A DNA stretch of 64,000 bases from Candidatus Omnitrophota bacterium (GCA_015233675.1 JADFXH010000011.1:526-64525); one strand, 5' to 3'; shown: positions 53,479 to 63,679, counted from the stretch's first letter. Numbers and translations: made by a program. The notes: generated by a model not told the origin, from the letters alone.

Positions 53479-56400
53479 TTGCATACTTTATATATGAAAA
53501 GCATGCCCCCATTAATCCGAATTATGACTGTGTTGGCGTTCCTGGTTAATGTGTTTGGGCCTCTACCAACTGCCCATGCGGATGAATTTCGTCTGCCTGC
53601 TCCTGGGGCCATGGTTCATTTAAGCCTGCCCCTTGAACCTCCTATATTGAAGGGAATAAAAGTTCATACCGATAATCCACTCCGTTTTGATTTTATTATA
53701 GACAAAGGAGATTCTTTTTCGAAAGAAAATTATCCTTCCCTAGCGGGAGGGGGGAATCTTAAAGAAGAAGCCACAAAATTAATTAAATACTTTTTAGCCA
53801 GTTTAACTATCCCTGAAAAAGACCTCTGGGTTAATCTCTCTCCTTACGAAAAAGACCGGATTATTCCTAATAGCTTTGGGTTTACCGAGATGGGCCGAGA
53901 CCTGTTAGCTGAAGACTACATGCTCAAACAGATAACGGCATCGTTGATTTACCCTGAGGATAAAACAGGAAAGAAGTTCTGGAAGCGTATATACGAACAG
54001 GCCGCTAAGCGTTTCAAGACAACGGATATTCCGGTTAATACATTTAATAAAGTGTGGATCATTCCAGAAAAGGCCGTTGTTTATGAGAATGCCAAGGCAG
54101 GGACTGCGTATGTGGTTGAATCGAAGTTAAAGGTAATGCTGGAGCAGGATTATTTATCTATTCAAAAACATGACGTAGAGACGCCATTTATGGCGTCGCA
54201 TAAAGACCCCCGGGGAAACCCCTTAAGGCCAAGCAAAGATATCAACGCATTAGGATCCCAAATTGTCCGTGAGGTAGTCATCCCTGAATTGACCAAAGAG
54301 GTTAATGAAAATAAAAGTTTTTTCAGGCTCCGCCAAATTTATAATTCCCTGATTTTAGCGACATGGTATAAGAAGAAAATCAAAGAGAGTATTTTAGCGC
54401 AAGTTTATACGGATAAAAGTAAAGTTGCCGGCGTTAATATCGATGATCCTAAAGAAGTGGGAAGAATTTATCAGAAATATTTAAGGGCATTTAAGAAAGG
54501 TGTTTTTAACTACATTAAAGAAGAACAGGATCCGTTAACACAAGAGGTAATTCCAAGGAAATATTTTTCCGGCGGAGTCAATTACATAAATTTAAGAACA
54601 AAAATCCAGTCAATTGAGGAAATTCCTGCAGTAGCAACTGAGAACAATAATTTAGCAATGATTACTGCCGAGGCCGCTTCTGTTCCCAATAGCGCTTTTG
54701 CTTTTTTTTCTGAAGAATTATTACCGGAAAATTGGCCGATAAGACGTGATGTTAATTTGCGTTCCATTTATGAAGCAAATGATATCAAGGATTTACTGGA
54801 CCGCCGTAATAGCGGAGAATATTTTACTTTGGCGGCCATAAGACGGATCTTAAAATCCAGGCTGAAAGGAGTTTCTGGCATAAATAGTCTAGTCGATAAG
54901 AATATTGGGAAATTTTTCGTATCTGATCACATGCTGCAAATCTGGCGTCTTGTTGCGGGATATACTTCTTATATTGAGGACAAGGAAAGTAAAGGCTTTC
55001 ATCCGGTTTATATTGCGCGGGACGGGGGGACCATTTTTACTATTCGCGATGCGGTGGAACGGCTGAGATCCGATGGACAAAAGGGGGCAAATGGCACTGT
55101 TTTTCACATGAGCGTTAACAGTTTACCGGCCGCCCTTGATGGCATTTTCAAGATTCTTGCTGAGGGACAATTAGATTGGGAAGCCGAATTTGTTCGTGAG
55201 TATAAAAATAATCCATCCAATAAGCCGGACAGGTCCACTTATCTCGATCAACGAGGCAAAGAAAAACAGGCCCAAATCAAGAAAGACCTCCTAAGAAGGG
55301 CAGTTGATTTCATTAAATCCATGAGAGACAATGGCCAATTTATGGAGGCTATAAATAAAATATACGGGGAACTTGATAATCTTGGGATTTTAAAAAACGA
55401 AAAAATTCTCTGGATCGATACAGGATTTAAAGGCTCTATTCCATTCTTGCTGGAAGCTATTGTAAGTTTTAAGGATCCATCTAGGCAGCAGGACTCGTAT
55501 TTGATCCATGCGGAAAACAACGTTCACTCCACATTTGATCTAAAAGCCTCATATATGGACAGTGATACAAAAGAAAGGGACATTTTAAAAACTATAATTT
55601 CGGGATTCTCTGGAAAGTATTATTGGTATAAGGGGGATCCAAGAGACCAGACTTCCTGGATTGAAGATATCCCGCATGTAATTAAATTTGAAGAACTCCA
55701 AGGGGCGTTAGAAGCGGTCAGTCAGGATGATCAGATACAAAGCATGATTTTTACATATTACTTTTTATATAATTCCGCTCTTGCTAAAGTTCGGAAAGAA
55801 TATTATATGGGTTTTTCTCAAAGAGCAGGCAATAAGACAGATTTGGCGCAGATATCAGCTGACGAAACCGGATTGGCTGATAAACAAGACCAAGGTTCGC
55901 ATCAGAGTAGAGCTTTACCTAAATTGTTGCCTATTCCAAGAATGAAGCTAAATGATAAGGTGAGCCATATACTGGAAGCTTTAGCAGGGCCGGAGAGGCT
56001 AAATCTTGCATTGTCGAATAAGGGTTATATTTCGAAAAGTTTTTATCGGGAAAGTTTCCTTTTGAAGTTAATATTAATCGCAGAGGGGGCAGGTCCCAGT
56101 GATTTAGACCTGACAATTCCTCAAGCTGTCGTTTCCCTGTTTTTTATGTCGGTCGGAGGCGTCAGCTTGTATTCATCGGCTACCAACGGCAGTACAGAAT
56201 TGTATAAATTCTTTCTGCCCGGGGGCATGTTCCTTGCGGGCCTTATGGTGTCAATGTATGCATTAAAAATAGCGAAGTCCCCCAAATATATACTCCAGGA
56301 GTTAGTCACTAGATTACGGTTTGGACATTCTTTTTCAAGTGATGGGTATGTAACGATCGGGACGTTCCGCGAAGCTTTGGCTGAACTCAATGTCATTTCT

Positions 56401-57918
56401 CACGAATTAGTGCACATCATTTCCCGTTTGACAAGAAAATATTCTTTCCCAAGCTTTTATGCATCAGCGGTTGGGATTTTCGCCGTTGTTGATGAGGTTT
56501 TGCTTGAAAGCAGCATCAATGACGATGAAAAAGGGATGCGCAGAGCCATGACGCTACAGCCACGACTGCCCGATTTTAGAAACTGGATAACAGAAGAATT
56601 TTTTAGTACCGCCGGGAGATTAGTTAAAGATTTCGATGATGGCATTCCCGCAAATGAACGTGAAGCAATCATTAATGATGAGCATAAGACATTCTCGGGG
56701 AAACCTTTGCCAGCGTATATGGAAGAAGCATTGGAAGACTATGGTAAAGGGGCTAAAATTGCCGGGTTGGCTTATGGATGGTACAAGGTCGCGCTAGAGC
56801 AGGGTTTTTCTAAAGAAGACGCCTTGAAATTATCATGGTCTTATTTGAGAGGTACGGCGAAAAATGAATCGGAGGAAAAATTACAGGAAGAGATGGAAAG
56901 CATACTGTATAGAGGTAAAGATCATGCGATGTTAAATCCGAAAGATCGAAAAGATGCAGATGTTATGAGTCGAGAGATGTTCGAAGAGGTTAAGAAAGAC
57001 CCAAAAGATTTTTCTGCGATAGAGAAGAAATATAATCTTAAATATTTAGGGAGCGGCGGTAATGGTTATGCTTTTATATGGTCGATAGACGGCCGTGAGA
57101 TTGTTATAAAATTCTTAGTAAGCGAAAGCCAGGCAGGGCGGGAAGCAGAAGGCCTGAAAAGGGGTATCGGAAAGCCGCTTTTTCAGCAGTATATAGCCCA
57201 TAGGGATGGTCAGGATAAACAATTAGGCTGGATCGTCAGTGATTATGTAAAAGGAAATCATTTTGAAGGTCCTACATATTCAGAGTGGCAAAAATTGTCT
57301 GTTGATGAACAAAAAAAGCATTTGTCTGATGTGACAAAGAGAATAAATGAAATTCCGGATAAGCATTGGGATCAACTCATTCAAATATTTACAATTGCTC
57401 ATGATAAAGATGTAGGGATAATCATTGATCCTAAGCCGGGGAATTTTCTTTATGATAGGGATAACGGATTTAGAGTCATTGATTATCATGCGGGGAGTCC
57501 CCGATATAGTTTATATGATGAATTAGTTACCTATAATTATTTGGCGGTTATAGTCGGTGGTACAAATGCTTATCAAAGGGGCAAGGAAAATGATGAACGT
57601 GTTAGGGAAATAGTTGAAAATCGGCTATTGGCAACAGGTATTGCTGAAAACCCTAATTCAATAAATTCGCAAGGGGACAAGGCAATGAAGATTGATTTGA
57701 AAAAAGGGGGTATCGATTTAACCCCTGCGAATATGAGTCTACAGACTAAAAACAACGGGGGCGAAATTAAATTCCACCTTGACCCTGCGATGCTCCAACA
57801 GCTTCAGAACGCCCTTGGTTTTATGCCGGTGATTATCAATATCCGGCCAATGGATAATTTGCGAGAGTTCTTAGGCGCGCCTATCCAACCATCCTTACTG
57901 CAGAGGGAAGAGATTTAA
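53479..57918 (+). CDS. 1479-aa multi-domain hypothetical protein (signal peptide, conserved N-terminal domain, TM block, HExxH, protein-kinase-like domain, conserved C-terminal motif)
   Basis: A single uninterrupted ORF. HELVH at 56401-56415, GSGGNGYAF...VIKF at ~57047, DPKPGNF at ~57424, and C-terminal GGIDLTPANM...PVIINIRP. Confidence 0.8.
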   Translation: MHTLYMKSMPPLIRIMTVLAFLVNVFGPLPTAHADEFRLPAPGAMVHLSLPLEPPILKGIKVHTDNPLRFDFIIDKGDSFSKENYPSLAGGGNLKEEATKLIKYFLASLTIPEKDLWVNLSPYEKDRIIPNSFGFTEMGRDLLAEDYMLKQITASLIYPEDKTGKKFWKRIYEQAAKRFKTTDIPVNTFNKVWIIPEKAVVYENAKAGTAYVVESKLKVMLEQDYLSIQKHDVETPFMASHKDPRGNPLRPSKDINALGSQIVREVVIPELTKEVNENKSFFRLRQIYNSLILATWYKKKIKESILAQVYTDKSKVAGVNIDDPKEVGRIYQKYLRAFKKGVFNYIKEEQDPLTQEVIPRKYFSGGVNYINLRTKIQSIEEIPAVATENNNLAMITAEAASVPNSAFAFFSEELLPENWPIRRDVNLRSIYEANDIKDLLDRRNSGEYFTLAAIRRILKSRLKGVSGINSLVDKNIGKFFVSDHMLQIWRLVAGYTSYIEDKESKGFHPVYIARDGGTIFTIRDAVERLRSDGQKGANGTVFHMSVNSLPAALDGIFKILAEGQLDWEAEFVREYKNNPSNKPDRSTYLDQRGKEKQAQIKKDLLRRAVDFIKSMRDNGQFMEAINKIYGELDNLGILKNEKILWIDTGFKGSIPFLLEAIVSFKDPSRQQDSYLIHAENNVHSTFDLKASYMDSDTKERDILKTIISGFSGKYYWYKGDPRDQTSWIEDIPHVIKFEELQGALEAVSQDDQIQSMIFTYYFLYNSALAKVRKEYYMGFSQRAGNKTDLAQISADETGLADKQDQGSHQSRALPKLLPIPRMKLNDKVSHILEALAGPERLNLALSNKGYISKSFYRESFLLKLILIAEGAGPSDLDLTIPQAVVSLFFMSVGGVSLYSSATNGSTELYKFFLPGGMFLAGLMVSMYALKIAKSPKYILQELVTRLRFGHSFSSDGYVTIGTFREALAELNVISHELVHIISRLTRKYSFPSFYASAVGIFAVVDEVLLESSINDDEKGMRRAMTLQPRLPDFRNWITEEFFSTAGRLVKDFDDGIPANEREAIINDEHKTFSGKPLPAYMEEALEDYGKGAKIAGLAYGWYKVALEQGFSKEDALKLSWSYLRGTAKNESEEKLQEEMESILYRGKDHAMLNPKDRKDADVMSREMFEEVKKDPKDFSAIEKKYNLKYLGSGGNGYAFIWSIDGREIVIKFLVSESQAGREAEGLKRGIGKPLFQQYIAHRDGQDKQLGWIVSDYVKGNHFEGPTYSEWQKLSVDEQKKHLSDVTKRINEIPDKHWDQLIQIFTIAHDKDVGIIIDPKPGNFLYDRDNGFRVIDYHAGSPRYSLYDELVTYNYLAVIVGGTNAYQRGKENDERVREIVENRLLATGIAENPNSINSQGDKAMKIDLKKGGIDLTPANMSLQTKNNGGEIKFHLDPAMLQQLQNALGFMPVIINIRPMDNLREFLGAPIQPSLLQREEI

Positions 57919-57938
57919 CTTTTATAAGTTTATGATTG

Positions 57939-57967
57939 TTGACCTAGAAGCCTCCTGTTGTTAAAAT
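57939..57967 (+). promoter_or_regulatory. Putative sigma-70 promoter
   Basis: TTGACC, 17-nt spacer, TAAAAT. Confidence 0.5.
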
Positions 57968-57994
57968 ACCGCCCTTATTGATGAAACAATTTTA

Positions 57995-58014
57995 CGGGGA
58001 GCAGCACTGTTGGC
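57995..58014 (+). other. tRNA-Pro 5' remnant
   Basis: CGGGGAGCAGCACTGTTGGC versus tRNA-Pro positions 1-20 CGGGGAGTAGCGCAGTTGGC: 17/20 identical. Confidence 0.55.
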
Positions 58015-60016
58015 ACCAACCAATAATAACCCTTCTCAAAATAAACCTGACATCACATTAACCCACCCAAAATATCGAACAGATTTAGATGGTTTGCGTG
58101 GCATTGCTGTTTTATCAGTTGTGATTTTTCACGCATTCCCGCTTTGGGTAAAAGGCGGGTATATCGGCGTTGATATTTTTTTTGTAATTTCCGGCTATTT
58201 GATCTCAACTATTATTTTCAGTAATTTAGACAGCAAAACTTTCAGTTTTAAGGGTTTTTATTCACGGCGCATTAGACGAATATTTCCGGCCTTACTACTT
58301 GTTCTAACGGCTTGTTATGTTTTGGGATGGTTCGTTTTGATGGCAGACGAATTTAAACTATTGGGCAAGCACATTGTTGGGGGGGCAGAATTTATATCTA
58401 ACTTCTTGTTGCAGCGTGAGGAGGGCTATTTTGACAAAGCGACTGATATAAAACCATTGCTTCATTTGTGGAGTTTAGGGATTGAAGAACAGTTTTATAT
58501 AGTCTTTCCGATACTGATCTGGTTTGCTTACAAGATCCGCTTTAATTTAGTCACGCTGATGGCAACGGTTGCATTTGTGTCCTTCAGTTTGAATGTTGCG
58601 CAAATTCACTTAAAACCCATTGCGACTTTTTATTCTCCCATTCCACGGTTTTGGGAATTAATAGCGGGCGGGTTGCTTGCCCATTTCGATTATAAAAAGA
58701 AAATGGTATCTGCAATAGCTAAATGGAGCTTATTGCCTGATGCGAAATCTGTGCTGGGGTTCTTATGTATCGCTTTAGCTTTGGGAATGCTCACTACAGA
58801 GAGCTCATTTCCTGGTTGGTGGGCTTTGTTGCCGGTATTAGGTTCAGTCTTGATTATTTCCGCCGGCTCACAAGCGTTTTTAAACCGGACGGTATTGTCC
58901 AATAAATTATTAGTTTGGTTTGGTTTAATCAGTTATCCTCTTTATTTATGGCATCATCCTTTGTTGTCTTTTTCACATATTGTTGAAGGCAGGCTTTCAG
59001 TTGACACAAGAATTGCCTTAGTGATTATTAGTATACTGTTAGCATGGGTTACCTACCTGTTAATTGAAAAGCCAATACGTTTTGGCGCTTATAACAGGAT
59101 TAAAGTCACGTTGCTTTGCGTCCTTATGGTTATGGCAGGGTTTATGGGATTTATCACCTCTAAGTGCGATGGGTTTCCATCCAGGGGAATATCTTTCGAT
59201 CTATTAAACCAGCATCAGTTAACCTGGTATAAACCATCGCAAGAATGTATTTCTTTAATTGGGTTAGAACATGAAATCAATGAGAAATCCGAGATTTTTT
59301 GTTCATTTAGCGGTGAAAAAGAACATCTAAAAGTTGCGATACTTGGCGATAGTACAGCTAATGCATTAATGCCGGGTTTTCAAAAGATCTATAAAGATAA
59401 AAATATAGGTGTCATTAATATAGGGAATGCGACCTGCGCCCCTTTTAGGGGCCTAAAGGGGAGTTTGGGATATAACAAAGATTGTGAAGAGGTCAACCGT
59501 AAAGCTTATGATTATGTCTTAAAAAATCCTTCCATAAAGACAATCATTCTTGGATTTATTCCCTATGATATTAAGCTTATGGGTATGGGGACATTAAAAG
59601 CGGATGCCGCTTTAGGGGATAAAATGCCTGTTTATTCTTCATTGGTGCAAAAAAATATCTCTGCTTTGAAAAAGGCAGGTAAAAACGTGGTCGTTATTTT
59701 CGACGGCCCGTTATTGAATATTGATCCAACGAATTGTTTGGCTCGTCCCTTCAAAATGAATAATACCGGTTGTAACAGGGTGGAATCAGAATCATACGTG
59801 AATCCATTTATGCGTTATGGGGAAGATTTATTTAAAAAGAATAAAGATGTCTGTATTTTTTACCAGTCGCAAGGGCTTAAATCAGGCGATTATTTTAATG
59901 TCCTGGACAGCCGCGGAATTTTATTGTTTAGAGATGATCGCCACTTGAGTTATAACGGTTCAGATAAGGTGGCGCATGATTTTATGAACTCAGAATGTTT
60001 TAAGTATATTGATTAA
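58010..60016 (+). CDS. Acyltransferase-3 (OafA/YrhL-like) membrane protein with C-terminal SGNH domain
   Basis: YRTDLDGLRGIAVLSVVIFHAF, about 10 TM segments, C-terminal VAILGDSTANAL (SGNH block I-like). The TTG start lies inside the tRNA remnant. Confidence 0.85.
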   Translation: MAPTNNNPSQNKPDITLTHPKYRTDLDGLRGIAVLSVVIFHAFPLWVKGGYIGVDIFFVISGYLISTIIFSNLDSKTFSFKGFYSRRIRRIFPALLLVLTACYVLGWFVLMADEFKLLGKHIVGGAEFISNFLLQREEGYFDKATDIKPLLHLWSLGIEEQFYIVFPILIWFAYKIRFNLVTLMATVAFVSFSLNVAQIHLKPIATFYSPIPRFWELIAGGLLAHFDYKKKMVSAIAKWSLLPDAKSVLGFLCIALALGMLTTESSFPGWWALLPVLGSVLIISAGSQAFLNRTVLSNKLLVWFGLISYPLYLWHHPLLSFSHIVEGRLSVDTRIALVIISILLAWVTYLLIEKPIRFGAYNRIKVTLLCVLMVMAGFMGFITSKCDGFPSRGISFDLLNQHQLTWYKPSQECISLIGLEHEINEKSEIFCSFSGEKEHLKVAILGDSTANALMPGFQKIYKDKNIGVINIGNATCAPFRGLKGSLGYNKDCEEVNRKAYDYVLKNPSIKTIILGFIPYDIKLMGMGTLKADAALGDKMPVYSSLVQKNISALKKAGKNVVVIFDGPLLNIDPTNCLARPFKMNNTGCNRVESESYVNPFMRYGEDLFKKNKDVCIFYQSQGLKSGDYFNVLDSRGILLFRDDRHLSYNGSDKVAHDFMNSECFKYID

Positions 60017-60124
60017 TTTTATTCTACCAATTGAACTTCAAATGGACAAAGCAGGTTTGCAAATCATTCTCGACAGCTTTAAAGAAGTCTGGTATAACTA
60101 ATTTTCGCTTGTACCAATATTTCA

Positions 60125-60198
60125 CGGGGAGTAGCGCAGTTGGCTAGCGCGCTTGCTTTGGGAGCAAGAGGTCCCGGGTTCGAGCCCCGGCTTCCCGA
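60125..60198 (+). tRNA. tRNA-Pro (anticodon TGG)
   Basis: The cloverleaf folds by hand: acceptor CGGGGAG/CTTCCCG, anticodon loop TTTGGGA, T-loop TTCGAGC. No encoded CCA. Confidence 0.92.
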
Positions 60199-60227
60199 TT
60201 TTTCTTTACTCAACTCTTATCATTCCA

Positions 60228-62489
60228 ATGTATACCAAACGCGATCACACCAAACTTATTTGCGATGTGGGTGAAATTACCGCCCTTTTTCATGACACCC
60301 TGAGCATGGAAGAGTTTTTGCAAAAAATTACCGTTATGATCACCCGTCATATGGAATGTGAGGTCTGTTCTATTTACCTTTACTATGCCGATGAGCATGA
60401 ACTTGTGCTTAAAGCCACTAAGGGACTTAATCCGGATTCTGTTAATAAGGTCAGGATGAAAATCGGAGAAGGGCTCACAGGTTTGGCGTTGAAAGAAAAA
60501 CGGCCTATCTGCGAAGGTCAGGCAAAGAACAGTCCTAATTTCCGTTTTTTTCAAGGCATTGGCGAAGAAAAATTTGAATCATTTCTGGCGGTCCCGATTT
60601 TACGAGGCAGCGTCGAGATAGGAGTCATGGTCATTCAGAGCATGAAAAAAGATTATTTTTCCGCCGAAGACATCCAGGTTTTTCGCGCCATCACCGTCCA
60701 ATTAGCGGCGACCATTGAGACCGCGCGGCTTTTAATAACCCTGAATGATAAAAAAGAAAAACCTCCGAAGCCTCTTTTACAGGATTTAAAATTTATTAAA
60801 GGCCGTTGCGGTTCAGAAGGGGTGGCCTTAGCAACGACCATGGTAGTCAACGAATCCCTGACAGACATGCAGCAGTATAAGGTTGACGGCGGCAAGCAAT
60901 ACAGTGAAGCTGATCTTCACCGGGCTTTTGAAGAAACAGAGCGGCAGTTAGCAGGACTGCAAGTTAAGCTGGAAGCGGCATTGCCTGATATGACAGCTCT
61001 TATTTTTACCGCGCAGATTCTGATGCTTAAGGACAAAGGTTTTACAGATTCAATTTTTTCTTTGATAAGAGGGGGGGCCAATTCTCCTCAAGCCATCGTA
61101 GAGGTGGTGCATGACTATGTGTTGAAATTCAGCAGGATAGAAGATTCGTATTTGCGTGAGAAGATTTACGATGTCAAGGATGTAGGCAGGCGTCTTTTGG
61201 AGAATTTGATAGGACACTCGAAAGCACAGCATGACTATCATGACAAGATCGTGATAGCTAAAGAGCTTTTCCCTTCCGATGCCTTAAAACTTTTTTCCCA
61301 GAAGATTAAAGGAATCATTCTTTTAAGCGGCGGAGCGACGTCTCATGTTGCGATTTTGGCGCGTTCATTAAATATTCCTTTGGTTGTTTGCGATGAGTTG
61401 TCACTTTTGTCTTTGGATCCGGCTACAGAAGTTCTTTTAGACGCATCAATGGGATTTGTGTACATTTCTCCTGACCAGTTTGTTAAAACCCAGATTTTTC
61501 AGCGTGAAGATTTAAACCACAATATCAGCGGCCTAAAAAAAATGACTCAGGAGCATCCGAAGACCGGCGATGGTGTAGCGGTCAAATTCATGGCTAATAT
61601 CAATCTATTGGGAGATTTGAAAGCTGCGAATGAATTTAAGGCGGATGGGGTCGGTTTATACCGGACGGAATTTCCTTTTATGATTCGGAGCAATTTTCCA
61701 TCTGAAGAAGAGCAATATTTGATCTACCGTCGTTTAGTTGAAGGCATGCCCGGTAAAGAAATTACTTTGAGGACCTTGGACATTGGCGGAGACAAGATAC
61801 TTTCTTATTCTGATTACGGTAAGGAAGAAAATCCTTTTTTAGGCTTGCGTTCCATTCGTTTATCTTTTAAACATCTTGATGTGTTTGTGGCTCAGCTGAG
61901 GGCTATCCTTCGCTCGGGGGCAGGCAGGCGCATCCGTATTCTTTTCCCGATGATCTCTTCAATGGATGAATTCTTGCAGGCTAAAAGCGTTGTCCAGGAA
62001 TGTGCCCATCAATTAAAAGCTGAAGGCAAAGAGTTTATTAAAAATCCTAAGTTGGGTATAATGGTTGAACTCCCATCTATCGTGGAGATTATCGATGAGA
62101 TGGCTCGGGAAGCGGATTTTTTCTCCATAGGGACCAATGACTTCATTCAGTATATGCTGGCGGTTGACCGTACCAATGACAGGGTGGCTCAATTGTATCT
62201 GCCGTATCATCCTTCAGTCCTGCGGGCTTTAAAGAAGGTCGTGGATGCCTGTGGTAAACACGGCAAGGAAGTTTCTGTTTGCGGGGATATGGCCAATGAT
62301 CCGAAGTATTTAAGTTTGCTTTTAGGGCTGGGGTTGAGGTGTTTTAGTATGGATGCGCGTTACCTGCCTCGCATGCATGAACGCCTGGGGCAATTGTTTA
62401 TACCGGAATGTGAAAAACTAACACAGGAAGTTTTGGCCCAAAGCCAGATCAGTCGTGTCACTCAAATTCTTGAGCGTGTGCATTCTTAA
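60228..62489 (+). CDS. ptsP: GAF-domain PEP-protein phosphotransferase (Enzyme I-Ntr)
   Basis: N-terminal GAF, GGATSHVAILARSLNIPLVV (active-site His), YRTEFPFM, IGTNDFIQY. The 60153 start overlaps the tRNA and is rejected. Confidence 0.9.
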   Translation: MYTKRDHTKLICDVGEITALFHDTLSMEEFLQKITVMITRHMECEVCSIYLYYADEHELVLKATKGLNPDSVNKVRMKIGEGLTGLALKEKRPICEGQAKNSPNFRFFQGIGEEKFESFLAVPILRGSVEIGVMVIQSMKKDYFSAEDIQVFRAITVQLAATIETARLLITLNDKKEKPPKPLLQDLKFIKGRCGSEGVALATTMVVNESLTDMQQYKVDGGKQYSEADLHRAFEETERQLAGLQVKLEAALPDMTALIFTAQILMLKDKGFTDSIFSLIRGGANSPQAIVEVVHDYVLKFSRIEDSYLREKIYDVKDVGRRLLENLIGHSKAQHDYHDKIVIAKELFPSDALKLFSQKIKGIILLSGGATSHVAILARSLNIPLVVCDELSLLSLDPATEVLLDASMGFVYISPDQFVKTQIFQREDLNHNISGLKKMTQEHPKTGDGVAVKFMANINLLGDLKAANEFKADGVGLYRTEFPFMIRSNFPSEEEQYLIYRRLVEGMPGKEITLRTLDIGGDKILSYSDYGKEENPFLGLRSIRLSFKHLDVFVAQLRAILRSGAGRRIRILFPMISSMDEFLQAKSVVQECAHQLKAEGKEFIKNPKLGIMVELPSIVEIIDEMAREADFFSIGTNDFIQYMLAVDRTNDRVAQLYLPYHPSVLRALKKVVDACGKHGKEVSVCGDMANDPKYLSLLLGLGLRCFSMDARYLPRMHERLGQLFIPECEKLTQEVLAQSQISRVTQILERVHS

Positions 62490-62540
62490 GGGGAATCCTG
62501 TTGTTAAGGATTTTTTAACCCCCATCAAAACGGAGGCGTT

Positions 62541-63056
62541 ATGAATAAATTAAAATGGGTAATGATGATGGCAGGAATAGCTTTTGTTATTTCGGGCTGT
62601 GCTACAATAAAAGAAAAGTTTCCGCTAGATGTTGATCGGACTGCGCAATCTTTCTTTAATGATTTGCAGAAATCAGACAATCGGGGCGCCTATAGTCTTT
62701 TTGGGAAAGGATTGTCGCAAAGGGTTTCTTTTGATCAGTTTGATCAGTTTATGAAAACTATTCGGGAACAATGGGGAAGGATTGAAACTGATGACACGGC
62801 ATTGTTGCCATTTCATCAAAGGATGGGAGAGGCGGATTTTATTCCTTTAAATGTGGCCCCGCAACAGATCAAGCGTTACGTGTTTGATGTTAAATTTCAG
62901 AATGCCGAGATGAACTTTGATCTGACTCTTGCTCCTGAGGGGGATAGCTATAAAATTATCTGGTTTTCAGTCTGGGGGAGCAGTATTTATATGACACCCC
63001 AGGTTCGGGCAAAGATAGAGGAGCTGTTTTCAAAACCGGGTGATGCCGGTCAATGA
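62541..63056 (+). CDS. Putative lipoprotein
   Basis: Lipobox FVISGC after a signal sequence. GGAGG upstream. Confidence 0.6.
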   Translation: MNKLKWVMMMAGIAFVISGCATIKEKFPLDVDRTAQSFFNDLQKSDNRGAYSLFGKGLSQRVSFDQFDQFMKTIREQWGRIETDDTALLPFHQRMGEADFIPLNVAPQQIKRYVFDVKFQNAEMNFDLTLAPEGDSYKIIWFSVWGSSIYMTPQVRAKIEELFSKPGDAGQ

Positions 63057-63108
63057 TAGTTTTTTTATTGCGAAGCGGCAAATCAATCCTTAAACAAGGA
63101 GCTCAAAT

Positions 63109-63387
63109 ATGGCCACTTTAAAAATTACTATAGAAAAGCTTTCGGAAGAAAAATTGAAAAGTTTGAAAGTTTTTTCCTGGTCTATTTGGACCAAGGAAGC
63201 CTCAAGCTTTGATTGGAATTATGATGAGAAGGAAGTATGCTTTTTTTTGGAAGGAGAAGTTACGGTCAAGACCCCTTATGAAACCGTATCTTTTGGTAAA
63301 GGTGATTTAGTCACTTTCCCCCAAGGCCTAAGCTGTACGTGGCAAGTTAAAAAGAATGTGCGTAAGCATTATAAATTTGGAGAATAA
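63109..63387 (+). CDS. Small cupin (Cupin_3/DUF861-like)
   Basis: WSIWTKEASSFDWNYDEKEVCFFLEGEVTV...GDLVTFPQGLSCTWQV. Confidence 0.7.
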   Translation: MATLKITIEKLSEEKLKSLKVFSWSIWTKEASSFDWNYDEKEVCFFLEGEVTVKTPYETVSFGKGDLVTFPQGLSCTWQVKKNVRKHYKFGE

Positions 63388-63562
63388 GAATTATCTGCCT
63401 GTTAGAAATTTGGCATTTGTTTAGCGGGCAGAGAGGCTCGATAAGGACGTCCTGAGGGGCAGCTGAATGATTTAAAGATGTCTTTTTGTCCTGAATGATG
63501 TGTTAACTGGACATTTTCGACGAAATTTGATATAAATTAGAACTTATTGTTTGTTAATTTTT

Positions 63563-63637
63563 GTCCCTGTAGCTCAGTTGGATTAGAGCAACAGCCTTCT
63601 AAGCTGTGGGTCGCACGTTCGATTCGTGCCAGGGACG
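63563..63637 (+). tRNA. tRNA-Arg (anticodon TCT)
   Basis: Acceptor GTCCCTG/CAGGGAC, anticodon loop CTTCTAA, T-loop TTCGATT. Confidence 0.92.
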
Positions 63638-63679
63638 TTGATTTATTCAATAGTTTTTGTTAATGTAGTGCTTCATAGT

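Noticed and set aside
60153-60227. The ORF-track start of ptsP at 60153.
   Set aside because: It would translate through the 3' half of tRNA-Pro. The first plausible start after the tRNA is ATG 60228 (MYTKRDH...).
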